A stretch of 49,675 bases of DNA, from the IMG/VR virus record IMGVR_UViG_3300043447_000138, positions 1-49,675 of that record. One strand, given 5' to 3'. The notes under the pieces were generated by a model that had not been told where the DNA came from, made no database searches, and was given only the letters and a program-made list of their open reading frames with translations. Positions 1 through 8,650 of this stretch are shown here, one piece after another. How positions within the stretch are numbered: position 1 is the stretch's first letter; each line of letters opens with the position of its first letter. The translations under genes and the position numbers were made by a program. Source of the stretch: a virus (lineage: Duplodnaviria > Caudoviricetes).

Positions 1-1
1 A

Positions 2-151
2 ATGATGTTCGGTGCTGACAAGACTCCTGAACTCAAAAAGATGAGCAACAAAGCTATGAAGGCTCTTCACAAGATGGAAGCTGACTACGAAAAAGAAGAT
101 GAGGCTATGATGATTCGCCTTATCAAAGTGAGAAACGCTCTGTGGACTTAA
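2..151 (+). CDS. Partial conserved phage protein (3' end, ...EDEAMMIRLIKVRNALWT)
   Basis: Open frame from window edge to TAA at 149-151, translated by hand; not in ORF track. Confidence 0.7.
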   Translation: MMFGADKTPELKKMSNKAMKALHKMEADYEKEDEAMMIRLIKVRNALWT

Positions 152-363
152 AAGAAAAATTAAAAAAAGAACGCCTAAAAAACATCGCCATCAGTATTCT
201 ATTAGTGATGGCGGTGTTGTACCTCTTATCACTAGAGGATGACTATGAGTATGTATCGTGTATCGATGTGTTATCAAATCCAGAAAGTTTCGAGGAAGAT
301 GACGTTGAGGACTGTCGTAAAGAAATCCAAAAATTACCTAACTCTCACCGCATAAACATTTGA
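142..363 (+). CDS. Hypothetical membrane protein
   Basis: GTG overlaps upstream stop; one hydrophobic segment. Confidence 0.6.
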   Translation: MDLKEKLKKERLKNIAISILLVMAVLYLLSLEDDYEYVSCIDVLSNPESFEEDDVEDCRKEIQKLPNSHRINI

Positions 364-388
364 CAATAAATGGCAATCCTGCTACAAT
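360..388 (+). promoter_or_regulatory. Early sigma70-type phage promoter (repeat family)
   Basis: TTGACA-ATAAATGGCAATCCTGC-TACAAT, 17-bp spacer. Confidence 0.85.
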
Positions 389-419
389 ACTCCTATTGAA
401 ACTTAAACGGAGCGACAAA

Positions 420-950
420 ATGGGTTGGACATACACACATAAGCCTTCATACATTAGTTCTAAAGAATACATTGAGAAGAATTGCCTTACCTGGACTTCT
501 GACACCCATGACTATCGTGTGCTTGACGGTGGCGTAAAGAACTTCCGCACCTACTATGGCGCCGTTGAGAAGGTTGCTAAAGACACTGGTGAACGCACCG
601 TCTTCGCTGTTATCTTTATGCTTAACTTTTGTAAGGATCATTACAACTTTGGTTACAAAGATATGGACGAGTCTTGCGGCCCGTATCAAGCCGACTGCCC
701 TGAGCGTATCCTGAAGTTGTTGACTCCCACCACTAGTCAATACGCCCAACAGTGGCGTGATGCTTGCTGGGCTAAAATCAAGGCCAAGACCTCGAGGAAA
801 GCCGTAAAAGTCGGTTCCACGCTGAAATATGCTGGTACTGAGTACACAGTACTAGAATCCCTTGGCCGTCGCGGATTCCGCGTTTCCAGCCCTTCTGGAG
901 CCATCTATCGCCTCAAGTCTACGCAGGCTGCTAAGGCAGAGTTGGTGTAA
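420..950 (+). CDS. Conserved hypothetical protein (DUF6927-like)
   Basis: GGAG RBS then MGW start; FGYKDMDESCGP..CP..IL..LTP....A..WR motif; track start at 360 lies inside the promoter. Confidence 0.7.
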   Translation: MGWTYTHKPSYISSKEYIEKNCLTWTSDTHDYRVLDGGVKNFRTYYGAVEKVAKDTGERTVFAVIFMLNFCKDHYNFGYKDMDESCGPYQADCPERILKLLTPTTSQYAQQWRDACWAKIKAKTSRKAVKVGSTLKYAGTEYTVLESLGRRGFRVSSPSGAIYRLKSTQAAKAELV

Positions 951-998
951 TACTCAAGTACTACTCTGGAGTGTCGTCGAAATACAACACAAAAATTG

Positions 999-1027
999 TT
1001 GACAATAAATGGCAATCCTGCTACAAT
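999..1027 (+). promoter_or_regulatory. Early promoter repeat
   Basis: Identical to 360-388. Confidence 0.85.
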
Positions 1028-1057
1028 AATCCTATTGAAACTGATACGGAGAAGTAA

Positions 1058-1351
1058 ATGTCTATTGAAGCCCTGATGTTGGACACCGGTATGAACCCTA
1101 GCATGACTGAGTTTGAACAAAAGTGTTATGGTATGTCTGAACAAGATATCCGCGACCAGTACATCAAAAGTATTACATCGGAACTCTGCGGTATCGAAAT
1201 GGTGGTAATGAGCATCCTGAGCGACTGCCAAGAAATGATGGCAATGAAGAATCCTACCATTCCTTCTCCCAATACCGATGAGCGTATTCGTAAACAGTTG
1301 AACGTTGCCAAGTTCATTCTGTCCGAAATGATGGAAGCCAAGCGCAAATAA
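1058..1351 (+). CDS. Hypothetical early protein
   Basis: GGAG RBS, ATG, downstream of promoter. Confidence 0.75.
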   Translation: MSIEALMLDTGMNPSMTEFEQKCYGMSEQDIRDQYIKSITSELCGIEMVVMSILSDCQEMMAMKNPTIPSPNTDERIRKQLNVAKFILSEMMEAKRK

Positions 1352-1352
1352 T

Positions 1353-1381
1353 TTGACAATAAATGGCAGTCCTGTTACAAT
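1353..1381 (+). promoter_or_regulatory. Early promoter repeat
   Basis: TTGACA-ATAAATGGCAGTCCTGT-TACAAT. Confidence 0.85.
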
Positions 1382-1411
1382 ACTTGTATTGACACTTAAA
1401 CGGAGCATCAA

Positions 1412-1711
1412 ATGTCAGCACTCACAGAATACACCCTCGAAGTTTACAAAGCCGATAAGCGTATCAAGCGTGACGAGCGTTTCGGTCGCAATCGTGTAGG
1501 TATGCGTTTTGTTGAAGTCATCGACTTTGCTCCCAGCACCAAAGACTACATCGAGACTCTTGCCGAAGCTAAGCGCAAGCAGGGCTTCATTGTTAAAGTG
1601 TTCGAGACTTTTGTAACTCGCACCAACTATATGTCAAAGAAACAATTCCAAGAGCGTTACGACACACCGTACACCTGCTCTGCCTCTTCTGAATCTTACT
1701 GGAGTAACTAA
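1412..1711 (+). CDS. Hypothetical early protein (C-terminal DTPY.CS.SSE.YWS)
   Basis: GGAG RBS; ORF. Confidence 0.75.
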   Translation: MSALTEYTLEVYKADKRIKRDERFGRNRVGMRFVEVIDFAPSTKDYIETLAEAKRKQGFIVKVFETFVTRTNYMSKKQFQERYDTPYTCSASSESYWSN

Positions 1712-1932
1712 TGAACGAACAAATCACTTCTACTGGCGGCCGAATCATCCAAACTAAAACTGGTCTGATTCATTATGGTAACACAGATAAGTTTATTGAC
1801 GAATACGAAAACGTCACTGGCGTTAACGGTCGTCCTGCCAAAGATGCTGACAAGTTGACTTACGACTTCTCGGCCTTCCTTCAACCTGTTGCTCCTACCT
1901 GGAGCGGCCCCGTTCGTGTGGTGTCGTTCTGA
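1711..1932 (+). CDS. Hypothetical protein
   Basis: TAATG coupling. Confidence 0.65.
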   Translation: MNEQITSTGGRIIQTKTGLIHYGNTDKFIDEYENVTGVNGRPAKDADKLTYDFSAFLQPVAPTWSGPVRVVSF

Positions 1933-2150
1933 TGCTTACTAAACTGTTTGCTTCCTCAATCGCTTATGCGGTCATGCTTGGCTTTATCAAGCTGGTATGG
2001 ACACCGCCTGCGTTTGATCGTCTTATGAATCTAATGCTTAACGAAGGCATTGGTGGTTTCTTACTAGCACAAGTAGTAGTTGCTATTGGTAGTATGATGA
2101 CCTTGATGTTCGTTCTTTTCATTCAACTTCCCGTTGCTATTCTTAAATAA
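1932..2150 (+). CDS. Hypothetical membrane protein
   Basis: TGATG coupling; two hydrophobic segments. Confidence 0.65.
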   Translation: MLTKLFASSIAYAVMLGFIKLVWTPPAFDRLMNLMLNEGIGGFLLAQVVVAIGSMMTLMFVLFIQLPVAILK

Positions 2151-2161
2151 GGAGACTCTAA

Positions 2162-2662
2162 ATGCCTAATTGGTGTATGAACAACTTGACCCTCAGCCAC
2201 GAAGATCCTGAAATGATTGCTCGTGCTGAACGAGCCTTCAACGAAGGTAAATTATTGGAAGAATTTATTCCTAACAAAGGTGATCCTGATGACTGGTATA
2301 ACCACAATATCGCAAACTGGGGTACCAAGTGGGACGTTGGTGGCGATGATGCTTATTGTGAGCGTGACGGTAACACCCTACAACTAGGCTTCGACAGCGC
2401 ATGGTCGCCTCCTACTGCGGCATATACTGTTCTTGAAGAACTTGGTTTCACAGTCAAAGCAACCTACTGGGAACCTGGCATGGCATTCTGCGGCATCTAC
2501 GAAGATGGCGATGATGACTACTATGAGTACGGCAATATGAGTGCCGGCGAAATTGAGGATTTCTTGCCCGCTGAATTGCTAGACTTAGGCATTGCCGATG
2601 ACGTTCGTTCTTGGCAAGACGAGCAGGACGAATTGCGTGAGGATGACGAGGGAGACGAATAA
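2162..2662 (+). CDS. DUF1281/YubB-like ferredoxin-fold protein
   Basis: MPNWCxN start; WY..NI.NWGTKWD, FDSAWSPP, Y.EPG..F.G motifs. Confidence 0.75.
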   Translation: MPNWCMNNLTLSHEDPEMIARAERAFNEGKLLEEFIPNKGDPDDWYNHNIANWGTKWDVGGDDAYCERDGNTLQLGFDSAWSPPTAAYTVLEELGFTVKATYWEPGMAFCGIYEDGDDDYYEYGNMSAGEIEDFLPAELLDLGIADDVRSWQDEQDELREDDEGDE

Positions 2663-3243
2663 TGGGACGAATGAAAGACATTGCTACGGGACTAGAACTG
2701 GAAACTCCTGATGACGTTCAGTTGGCAGTTCAATACATGACTATCAACGAAGATAACGAAGCCGCGTTTATCGAAGATAACATTGACGAAATCAATTTAC
2801 GCCTTCAAATGGCGGCTGACGAAGCCAGAGCACAATTCGAACCAGTACTTGAGGATGTAATGCCAGCTGGTACCTACTATGTTGGTGACCTCTGCTACGT
2901 TATTGATGACGACGAAGTATGGAGTGAGGTGTGTGATTTTATGTTTGATGGTAAAGGCGACAACGAGGGCCAATTCACACTCAAAGATGGTCGCACCATT
3001 GTTATCTATGGCACTCTCTGGGGTGACGGCACGTATAAGTCTAACTTGGGCACCCGACACTCAGTTGATGCTGGCGTGATTGGCGCCATGCTTGAGTCCG
3101 ACTGTGATAAGAAGTATGAACACATTGCCGAGCTAGGCGCCTTCATTGACTTTCTCGAACCATGGACCCATAGTGGCAGTGGTGGTGACCGTAAGAACTG
3201 GGACGGGGTTATTCGCTTGGGCCACGTTGAAATTCAAACTTAA
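2662..3243 (+). CDS. Conserved phage hypothetical protein
   Basis: YYVGDLCYV, T.WGDG.Y, VDAGVIG motifs. Confidence 0.7.
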   Translation: MGRMKDIATGLELETPDDVQLAVQYMTINEDNEAAFIEDNIDEINLRLQMAADEARAQFEPVLEDVMPAGTYYVGDLCYVIDDDEVWSEVCDFMFDGKGDNEGQFTLKDGRTIVIYGTLWGDGTYKSNLGTRHSVDAGVIGAMLESDCDKKYEHIAELGAFIDFLEPWTHSGSGGDRKNWDGVIRLGHVEIQT

Positions 3244-3255
3244 AAGGAATACTAA

Positions 3256-3450
3256 ATGCTTACACCCAAAACGCTCCAGGAAGCTCTCCAGGACCCCACC
3301 ACCGAGTACTGTGATATCCATGATACGTACTACAATCCCGTCTTGGACGAGTGGCTGGAGTCTACCTGTAGCGACCCCACGTGTGTCTACTGTGTCGGTC
3401 GGCCAGCCAAGCCCTCAGAGGTTGTAAGGAATGTAAGGAAACCGTTGTAA
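3256..3450 (+). CDS. Small Cys-rich putative metal-binding protein
   Basis: AAGGA RBS; C..HD and C.DP.C.YC. Confidence 0.65.
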   Translation: MLTPKTLQEALQDPTTEYCDIHDTYYNPVLDEWLESTCSDPTCVYCVGRPAKPSEVVRNVRKPL

Positions 3451-3469
3451 AAATACAACACGGTGGGAC

Positions 3470-3498
3470 TTGACAATAAATCGGAAACCTGATACAAT
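3470..3498 (+). promoter_or_regulatory. Early promoter repeat
   Basis: TTGACA-ATAAATCGGAAACCTGA-TACAAT. Confidence 0.8.
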
Positions 3499-3529
3499 AC
3501 TTGTATTGACACTGAGAAAGGCACTCCAA

Positions 3530-3688
3530 ATGACTAAAGCGGACTTGATCCAAGAACTGGTTCGAATCAATATTGAATCTATGGATTACGAGGACTTGGT
3601 TGAACTTGCCTCTGAGAAAATGATGCTCGATATGTCTAAATTGTCAAAGGCAGAATTGGAAGACCAATACGAATATATCGCTGGCTAA
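3530..3688 (+). CDS. Hypothetical acidic protein
   Basis: ATG after promoter; track start at 3470 is the -35 box. Confidence 0.65.
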   Translation: MTKADLIQELVRINIESMDYEDLVELASEKMMLDMSKLSKAELEDQYEYIAG

Positions 3689-3715
3689 AATGGATCATCT
3701 CGGTAGTCAAAATAC

Positions 3716-3744
3716 TTGACAACAAATCCCAAACCTGCTACAAT
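3716..3744 (+). promoter_or_regulatory. Early promoter repeat
   Basis: TTGACA-ACAAATCCCAAACCTGC-TACAAT. Confidence 0.8.
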
Positions 3745-3827
3745 AACCATATAAACAATCGAGTTGGATGTCCCGGCTCTAATTCGATTCTCAATCTTCC
3801 CGGGTATTTTCTTAAAGGAAATTTCAA

Positions 3828-4301
3828 ATGGCTAAAGTTGACACCCTGTTCACCGTTGCTGGCATTACTACTCACACTGGTACCGCTCCTAACGGCACTG
3901 TATCCACTCGCACCAAAGTTCGCTATGGTACCGATCTCGTTCGTGTTACCAAGATGCTGAATAACCCCAAAAAGATCGAGGATAAAACCCTCGGTATCTG
4001 TCTCGCTCCCGTTCGTGTTGAGTTCGTCACTCTTCCTAAAGGCATGGTCAAAGCCGACGTTCTCCAGTTCCTGTTGACCGCTCCTGAGTTCCAATCTGCC
4101 GAGGACCAAGCAGTCATTCAAGAGGAAATTAGCGCACGTGCTCCTAAAACTCCTCGCACTCCCAAAACCCCCAAAGCACCTAAAGTCAAGGCTACAAAAG
4201 CTAAGCCTTCTATCGACTCTATCAAGTCACGCGGTAAAAAGTCTGTGACTGCCGAGCAGGTAGTTGCCGCCGCCCTTGCCGCTGAAGCTACTGCTGAGTA
4301 A
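3828..4301 (+). CDS. Hypothetical protein with basic PKTP/K-A-rich tail (possible DNA binding)
   Basis: AAGGA RBS; low-complexity basic C-terminus. Confidence 0.75.
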   Translation: MAKVDTLFTVAGITTHTGTAPNGTVSTRTKVRYGTDLVRVTKMLNNPKKIEDKTLGICLAPVRVEFVTLPKGMVKADVLQFLLTAPEFQSAEDQAVIQEEISARAPKTPRTPKTPKAPKVKATKAKPSIDSIKSRGKKSVTAEQVVAAALAAEATAE

Positions 4302-4306
4302 ACGCC

Positions 4307-4531
4307 ATGAGCCTTCTCGCTTATCACGGAAGGCCATGGGCAAAGTTTGACGCCCATGACAAGAACCATCGTAGATGGTTTGCCGAATTCAATGCTAATC
4401 GCACATGGAAAGATTGTCCTGTTAGATTCATTGTAGACGATGATCAGGGCGATTTGATTACGATGATTCAACGTAAACTTATTCAATACTACGTTGATTC
4501 TGAATTCAAGTCTCGGCGTAGACAAAAATAA
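4307..4531 (+). CDS. Conserved phage hypothetical protein
   Basis: FD..DK.HR...W..CP.RF motif. Confidence 0.7.
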   Translation: MSLLAYHGRPWAKFDAHDKNHRRWFAEFNANRTWKDCPVRFIVDDDQGDLITMIQRKLIQYYVDSEFKSRRRQK

Positions 4532-4557
4532 AAAAGGCTCCTTCGGGAGCCTTTTTT
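4530..4557. terminator. Bidirectional intrinsic terminator
   Basis: A6-GGCTCC-TTCG-GGAGCC-T6 between convergent genes. Confidence 0.9.
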
Positions 4558-5149
4558 ATGCCTGCTTGATAGCAGTCCAGTTTCTTATATATGTTCTTGA
4601 GCCGTCCTTGTTACACAAGTAGCGTTTGCCGTTCTTGAATTGAACTATGAATACACTCTCTTCTGGCATATTCTTTACATTTGACTGTGGACTCTTAGGG
4701 TCGGTACCATAGATATCTGTTGTAGTGTATGTATTTAAGCGATAGCCTAGTTGTTTTTGTATGCTCATCAACTTCACCTCATCTACGGCTCGGTCACCAT
4801 AAGCACCACCATCTTCTAGGTCTTCCCAGTAACTTGGCTTCTCAGCAAAACGAACACCCATATCTTCTATGCTATTAGCCATTTCTGAGCCGAATGCTTG
4901 ACGAATTGAAACTGCTTGTGGCACCACCTTCTTACCGGTCTTTAGTGATACTACATCGCCTTCTTTTACGTGCTTGAAGTACTGAACTTCACCCTCGTGC
5001 TTTTTTGCGGCGGCTAGTGAATCAAATGTACCTAGATTCTTGCCTTTGCCTGAGTATAAACGCCACTTCTTAGCACCTACCTTGCGAATTGTCTCAATCA
5101 CGGAAGTGTCAATGTCTGCTGTTTTTCTGTTGAATTCGTTGTAGCGCAT
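4556..5149 (-). CDS. Late hypothetical protein, probable internal head protein
   Basis: TATAAATA box just upstream; MRYNEF N-terminus; GKNLGTF.S...AKKHE..VQYFK motif. Confidence 0.7.
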   Translation of the reverse strand: MRYNEFNRKTADIDTSVIETIRKVGAKKWRLYSGKGKNLGTFDSLAAAKKHEGEVQYFKHVKEGDVVSLKTGKKVVPQAVSIRQAFGSEMANSIEDMGVRFAEKPSYWEDLEDGGAYGDRAVDEVKLMSIQKQLGYRLNTYTTTDIYGTDPKSPQSNVKNMPEESVFIVQFKNGKRYLCNKDGSRTYIRNWTAIKQA

Positions 5150-5153
5150 AGGG

Positions 5154-5161
5154 TATTTATA
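5154..5161 (-). promoter_or_regulatory. T4-type late promoter
   Basis: TATAAATA 4 nt upstream of ATG. Confidence 0.75.
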
Positions 5162-5166
5162 CGCAC

Positions 5167-5193
5167 AAAAGAAAAGGCACCCTAGAGTGCCTT
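5167..5193 (-). terminator. Intrinsic terminator after infA
   Basis: AAGGCAC/GTGCCTT stem with T-rich tract on the minus strand. Confidence 0.75.
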
Positions 5194-5214
5194 GTGTGCT
5201 ACTATGACTGACGC

Positions 5215-5433
5215 TTATCTACGTCGGGAGATACGTCCTCTACTCATGTCGTATGGTGACATTTCAACTTCAACTGTATCACCAAGCAAGACCTTGATGT
5301 TGTTCTTCCGCATCTTGCCGGAAATCGTAGCCAGAATCGGCTGCTCAAAATTAGGTAGTTTGACTCTAAACATTGTATTAGGCAAGACTTCAACAATCTC
5401 ACCATCAATACTAATGATATCTTCTTTAGCCAT
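5215..5433 (-). CDS. infA: Translation initiation factor IF-1
   Basis: MAKED.I..G...E.LPN.MF.V.L...[23 protein letters not shown] signature, 72 aa. Confidence 0.97.
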   Translation of the reverse strand: MAKEDIISIDGEIVEVLPNTMFRVKLPNFEQPILATISGKMRKNNIKVLLGDTVEVEMSPYDMSRGRISRRR

Positions 5434-5439
5434 GTTAGG

Positions 5440-5823
5440 TTATCTTCTCATAGTAGCAATGTCGATAGCCTCCTCTTCGGAGAAAATTGGCACACCATTC
5501 GACTTATGGAGTGTGCCAATGCCCAGCATTTTGGTGCCGGTGTAAACTTTGTGGACTGGTGCTGGAGCAACGCCCATGCCATTACCAAGACTGGGATAGC
5601 GGACGGTCTCACGACCAGCAGGTGCTGATAGTTTGTATGTAAGTGCTTCACGCTTGGGAGCTGGTTTGACTGGATTGGAAAGTTTCTTCCATTCCTCTTG
5701 CTTCTTGTCCCATTCGGCGGCAAGCGCACGTGCTTGTTGAGCATGTGCGGCAGATTTGAACTTTTGTTTGCCTTTGCGGCGGCCAGTAGTTGTCAGCGAT
5801 GGATGAACGAGTCCCATAGTCAT
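5440..5823 (-). CDS. Conserved T4-like phage protein
   Basis: C-terminal YTG...LGI.TLHKSN.VPIF...A.DI..MRR motif. Confidence 0.75.
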   Translation of the reverse strand: MTMGLVHPSLTTTGRRKGKQKFKSAAHAQQARALAAEWDKKQEEWKKLSNPVKPAPKREALTYKLSAPAGRETVRYPSLGNGMGVAPAPVHKVYTGTKMLGIGTLHKSNGVPIFSEEEAIDIATMRR

Positions 5824-5870
5824 GAATTTAGTTTACAATAACAACAGTATACTACAGGCATAGGTTTAAG

Positions 5871-6236
5871 TCAATATCTTTTGGACAGGAGTTTAACCGT
5901 TTCCAATTGATCCAACATTTCTTTTTCTAGCTGACGATACTTCTCGCCTAGCAGTCTGAGTTCTTCCCATTCTGCTTCCAATTTGTGATTTGGTGTTAAG
6001 ATGTTGAGTCTGGCTTCAATACGTTCTAAGGCTTCAGCAATATTCTTGCCTCCAATAGTAACGTCACCATCAAAGCGAGAATCGCCACGAACGTGAAGTT
6101 GTGCTTGACTACTATCACCAATGGTTATTGTGCTACCATTGGTGCCATTGAACCCGGCTGTAGTAGTGAGTGCTGACGCGGCTACTGTTATTGATGCGGT
6201 TGATGGTGTTGAAGTCGTGGTGTACAAATATGACAT
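5871..6236 (-). CDS. Hypothetical protein, Thr-rich N-terminus and coiled-coil C-terminus
   Basis: ORF; LERIEARLNIL.PN..LE..W..L. Confidence 0.7.
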   Translation of the reverse strand: MSYLYTTTSTPSTASITVAASALTTTAGFNGTNGSTITIGDSSQAQLHVRGDSRFDGDVTIGGKNIAEALERIEARLNILTPNHKLEAEWEELRLLGEKYRQLEKEMLDQLETVKLLSKRY

Positions 6237-6412
6237 TATTGGTTCTTACTAATGATCCAACGCCCTTGACTATCCAGATCAAACTTCAACTCATCACCTT
6301 CGACCCAGCCCATCTCTCTAAGTAGTTCTGGTGGTAGCGGTAGGATAAGGTCGCCAGTTTCGGGATCCTCTTGTACTATGACTTCATAGTTGAATTCAGG
6401 TGCGTTAGACAT
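6236..6412 (-). CDS. AbrB/MazE/SpoVT-like small DNA-binding protein
   Basis: Hand-translated 58 aa MSNAPEFNYEVIVQEDPETGDLILPLPPELLREMGWVEGDELKF...; below track cutoff. Confidence 0.7.
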   Translation of the reverse strand: MSNAPEFNYEVIVQEDPETGDLILPLPPELLREMGWVEGDELKFDLDSQGRWIISKNQ

Positions 6413-6458
6413 AGTAATAGTATAACATTCGTTTTTGTGAAGTCAATAGATTTTGGAG

Positions 6459-8636
6459 TTATTGATTGCCCATTACCGGTAGTACATCAATCTCTCTAGC
6501 ATCGATATGGTGGCCACGCTCTCGTTGATTGTTGACCCACTGTTGTGCTATCCGGTTAGCATCTGCTTGACTGTTGCCTACGCCGCCAAATCTGTAAAGT
6601 TCACGACCATTGTTGTCGATTACCTTCCATTCACCAGTGAAACCGCCACGTGCTTGTGTTGCTGGCGTCACATCGTCAGTAGGCTCCACACGATTTACTC
6701 GACGTAAGGTGTAGTTTAGTGGGTTATGACCATGACGCTCAACATAGGCAGCTAACTTTTGCTTAGCTTCCTCTTCGCTGTTTACTAAGAACTCAGCGGC
6801 AACTGTATCAGATGAACGATTGACGATTTGCCAGTGTTCTGTGCCCACTCTATCATTAGCACGACCGATTGGTTCAGGTTCGCCAGAGGTAGCTTTGATT
6901 GGTGGCTCTTCGTATGGCTTGATTACTTCTGCGGTGGCGTTGTGCACACGACTCTCATGATATTCAAGTTCTTTAACTGCTTTCTCTTTAGCTTCTTGTT
7001 CTGTAGCGGCAACAAGTTCGATACGTGAACCGCCTGGGAACTTAACATTCCACCAGTACTTCTTACCAGTAACTCCTTGACGCTTTACATTACGAGTGAC
7101 TAGCTTCTGACGTAGTTCATCTTTAGATAACGCACCACTTGCTAGTTGTGAGAATAAGGCAATAGCATCAGCCTCACCACTCTTGCTTAACATCTTGTAT
7201 AACTTCTTAGCATACTCTTCTCGGTGTAGGTCAGGGCGTGAAGCAATGTACATAGCATAAGCATAACGTTTGACTGTGTTTAGAATCTCTGGCACTTTAT
7301 TGTGGTACTCGTCACCCATTGAGCGGAACTCTACATAGTCGTTCTTTAAGTTGATTGAAGTATACTTACCGTGGCCGCCCTGTTGCTTGAGTGTTTTAGA
7401 AGCAAGTTCGATTAGACCCTTGCGCATTACTTCGTAAGCATCTGGGATTTTTTCACTGTTGACACCATCTCTAATTTTATCGAAGGCACTCTTACAGTAG
7501 TAGTTGCCCATACGGTCGAACGTTTCTAGTACGTGCTTGTCGCCTAGGAACAGGGCTAACTTAACATAGTCGATACGACCATCAACGTGAGGTAATGATA
7601 CGCCTACGTGAAAGCCGGTTGAGTTGTTAGTATAAGAATCTTCTTCTGCGGCCCATTGAAAGAATAATTCAATCTTAGATAAACACTCTTTGAGTGGCAT
7701 TGGTGGTGAAATAATTTCAACTGGCATATCGCCATCGTCTGCTTCTAGACTTGAATCCGGTTCGAAGATCCAGCGTGTTGCTGTTCGTGTGGCACCATGA
7801 TAGCCGCCACTAGCATAAGTCTCAACATCTAGCGCATCACTTAGGGAATCTGCCAATCTGCCTGCTTCGTGCTCATTGTAGCCACTCTCGCTCTGTGGGT
7901 ACTCGTAGTATGGCCAACTAACGTGGCCACGGAACTCGCCTAGAACATCACTCATATAACGAATGCCGATATCACGTAGCCATTGGTGTTCATCATAATC
8001 GCCATCATCAATTACATATTCTTCCCATTCTTCACGAGCGTTATCATATGAGTCGTTTCGTTCAGATAGTGCTTGTTCTACGAGTTCAGTTAGGACATTT
8101 TCCGCATATTCAACTGCTTCTTTGTATAGGGCATACGCATCTGGATTGCCTTCCTTATCATCACTGCTGTCAATAACTGCTTGCGCTTGTTCACTGTCTA
8201 AGTCTAAGTGATCGCTTAGATAGTTGAAAATTTCTTCATCACGGTCGTAATCATTCTCTGCAATATATTCGCCGACTTTTTCTTCAGCAACTTCATCCCA
8301 CTCTTCACTCAACTTTTCGCTACGCCACTCTAGGTACTGTTCTTCCATCTCACTACGTAGGTCTTGAATATCTCTTCGGCCGTTGTAGTCGCCGTCGTGA
8401 TAGAAATTACAAACATCATCGATACTGGTAGCAGTTTCGTCCATGCTCATATCCTCTTCAGGATTGTCATAGTCGGTGTCACCGCCGCCGCGGCCGACAA
8501 AGCACATTTCTGCTTCGAAGCCTGCTTTAATGCCGTCTGCTTCTGGGGACTCAATAAATAGGTCTAGGTCAGACATACCCATGCGGACTTCGTCTAACTG
8601 TTCTTTAGGTTGTGGTTGGAATTGTTCGAACTTCAT
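6459..8636 (-). CDS. Putative amidoligase (COOH-NH2 ligase superfamily) with long acidic insertion
   Basis: GFEAE, EPDSSL, VEIISPP, N.STGFHV, KY.SINL, VEFR motifs. Confidence 0.75.
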   Translation of the reverse strand: MKFEQFQPQPKEQLDEVRMGMSDLDLFIESPEADGIKAGFEAEMCFVGRGGGDTDYDNPEEDMSMDETATSIDDVCNFYHDGDYNGRRDIQDLRSEMEEQYLEWRSEKLSEEWDEVAEEKVGEYIAENDYDRDEEIFNYLSDHLDLDSEQAQAVIDSSDDKEGNPDAYALYKEAVEYAENVLTELVEQALSERNDSYDNAREEWEEYVIDDGDYDEHQWLRDIGIRYMSDVLGEFRGHVSWPYYEYPQSESGYNEHEAGRLADSLSDALDVETYASGGYHGATRTATRWIFEPDSSLEADDGDMPVEIISPPMPLKECLSKIELFFQWAAEEDSYTNNSTGFHVGVSLPHVDGRIDYVKLALFLGDKHVLETFDRMGNYYCKSAFDKIRDGVNSEKIPDAYEVMRKGLIELASKTLKQQGGHGKYTSINLKNDYVEFRSMGDEYHNKVPEILNTVKRYAYAMYIASRPDLHREEYAKKLYKMLSKSGEADAIALFSQLASGALSKDELRQKLVTRNVKRQGVTGKKYWWNVKFPGGSRIELVAATEQEAKEKAVKELEYHESRVHNATAEVIKPYEEPPIKATSGEPEPIGRANDRVGTEHWQIVNRSSDTVAAEFLVNSEEEAKQKLAAYVERHGHNPLNYTLRRVNRVEPTDDVTPATQARGGFTGEWKVIDNNGRELYRFGGVGNSQADANRIAQQWVNNQRERGHHIDAREIDVLPVMGNQ

Positions 8637-8643
8637 AATGTAG

Positions 8644-8650
8644 TATTTAT
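8644..8650 (-). promoter_or_regulatory. Late promoter
   Basis: ATAAATA 7 nt upstream of ATG. Confidence 0.7.

Noticed and set aside
5192-5545. Plus-strand ORF over infA and the many other antisense or nested ORFs in the track
   Set aside because: They overlap better-supported genes and lack an RBS or recognisable motifs.
6236-6412. Toxin-antitoxin pair around the AbrB/MazE-like gene
   Set aside because: The neighbouring ORF shows no MazF, PIN or other toxin motifs.
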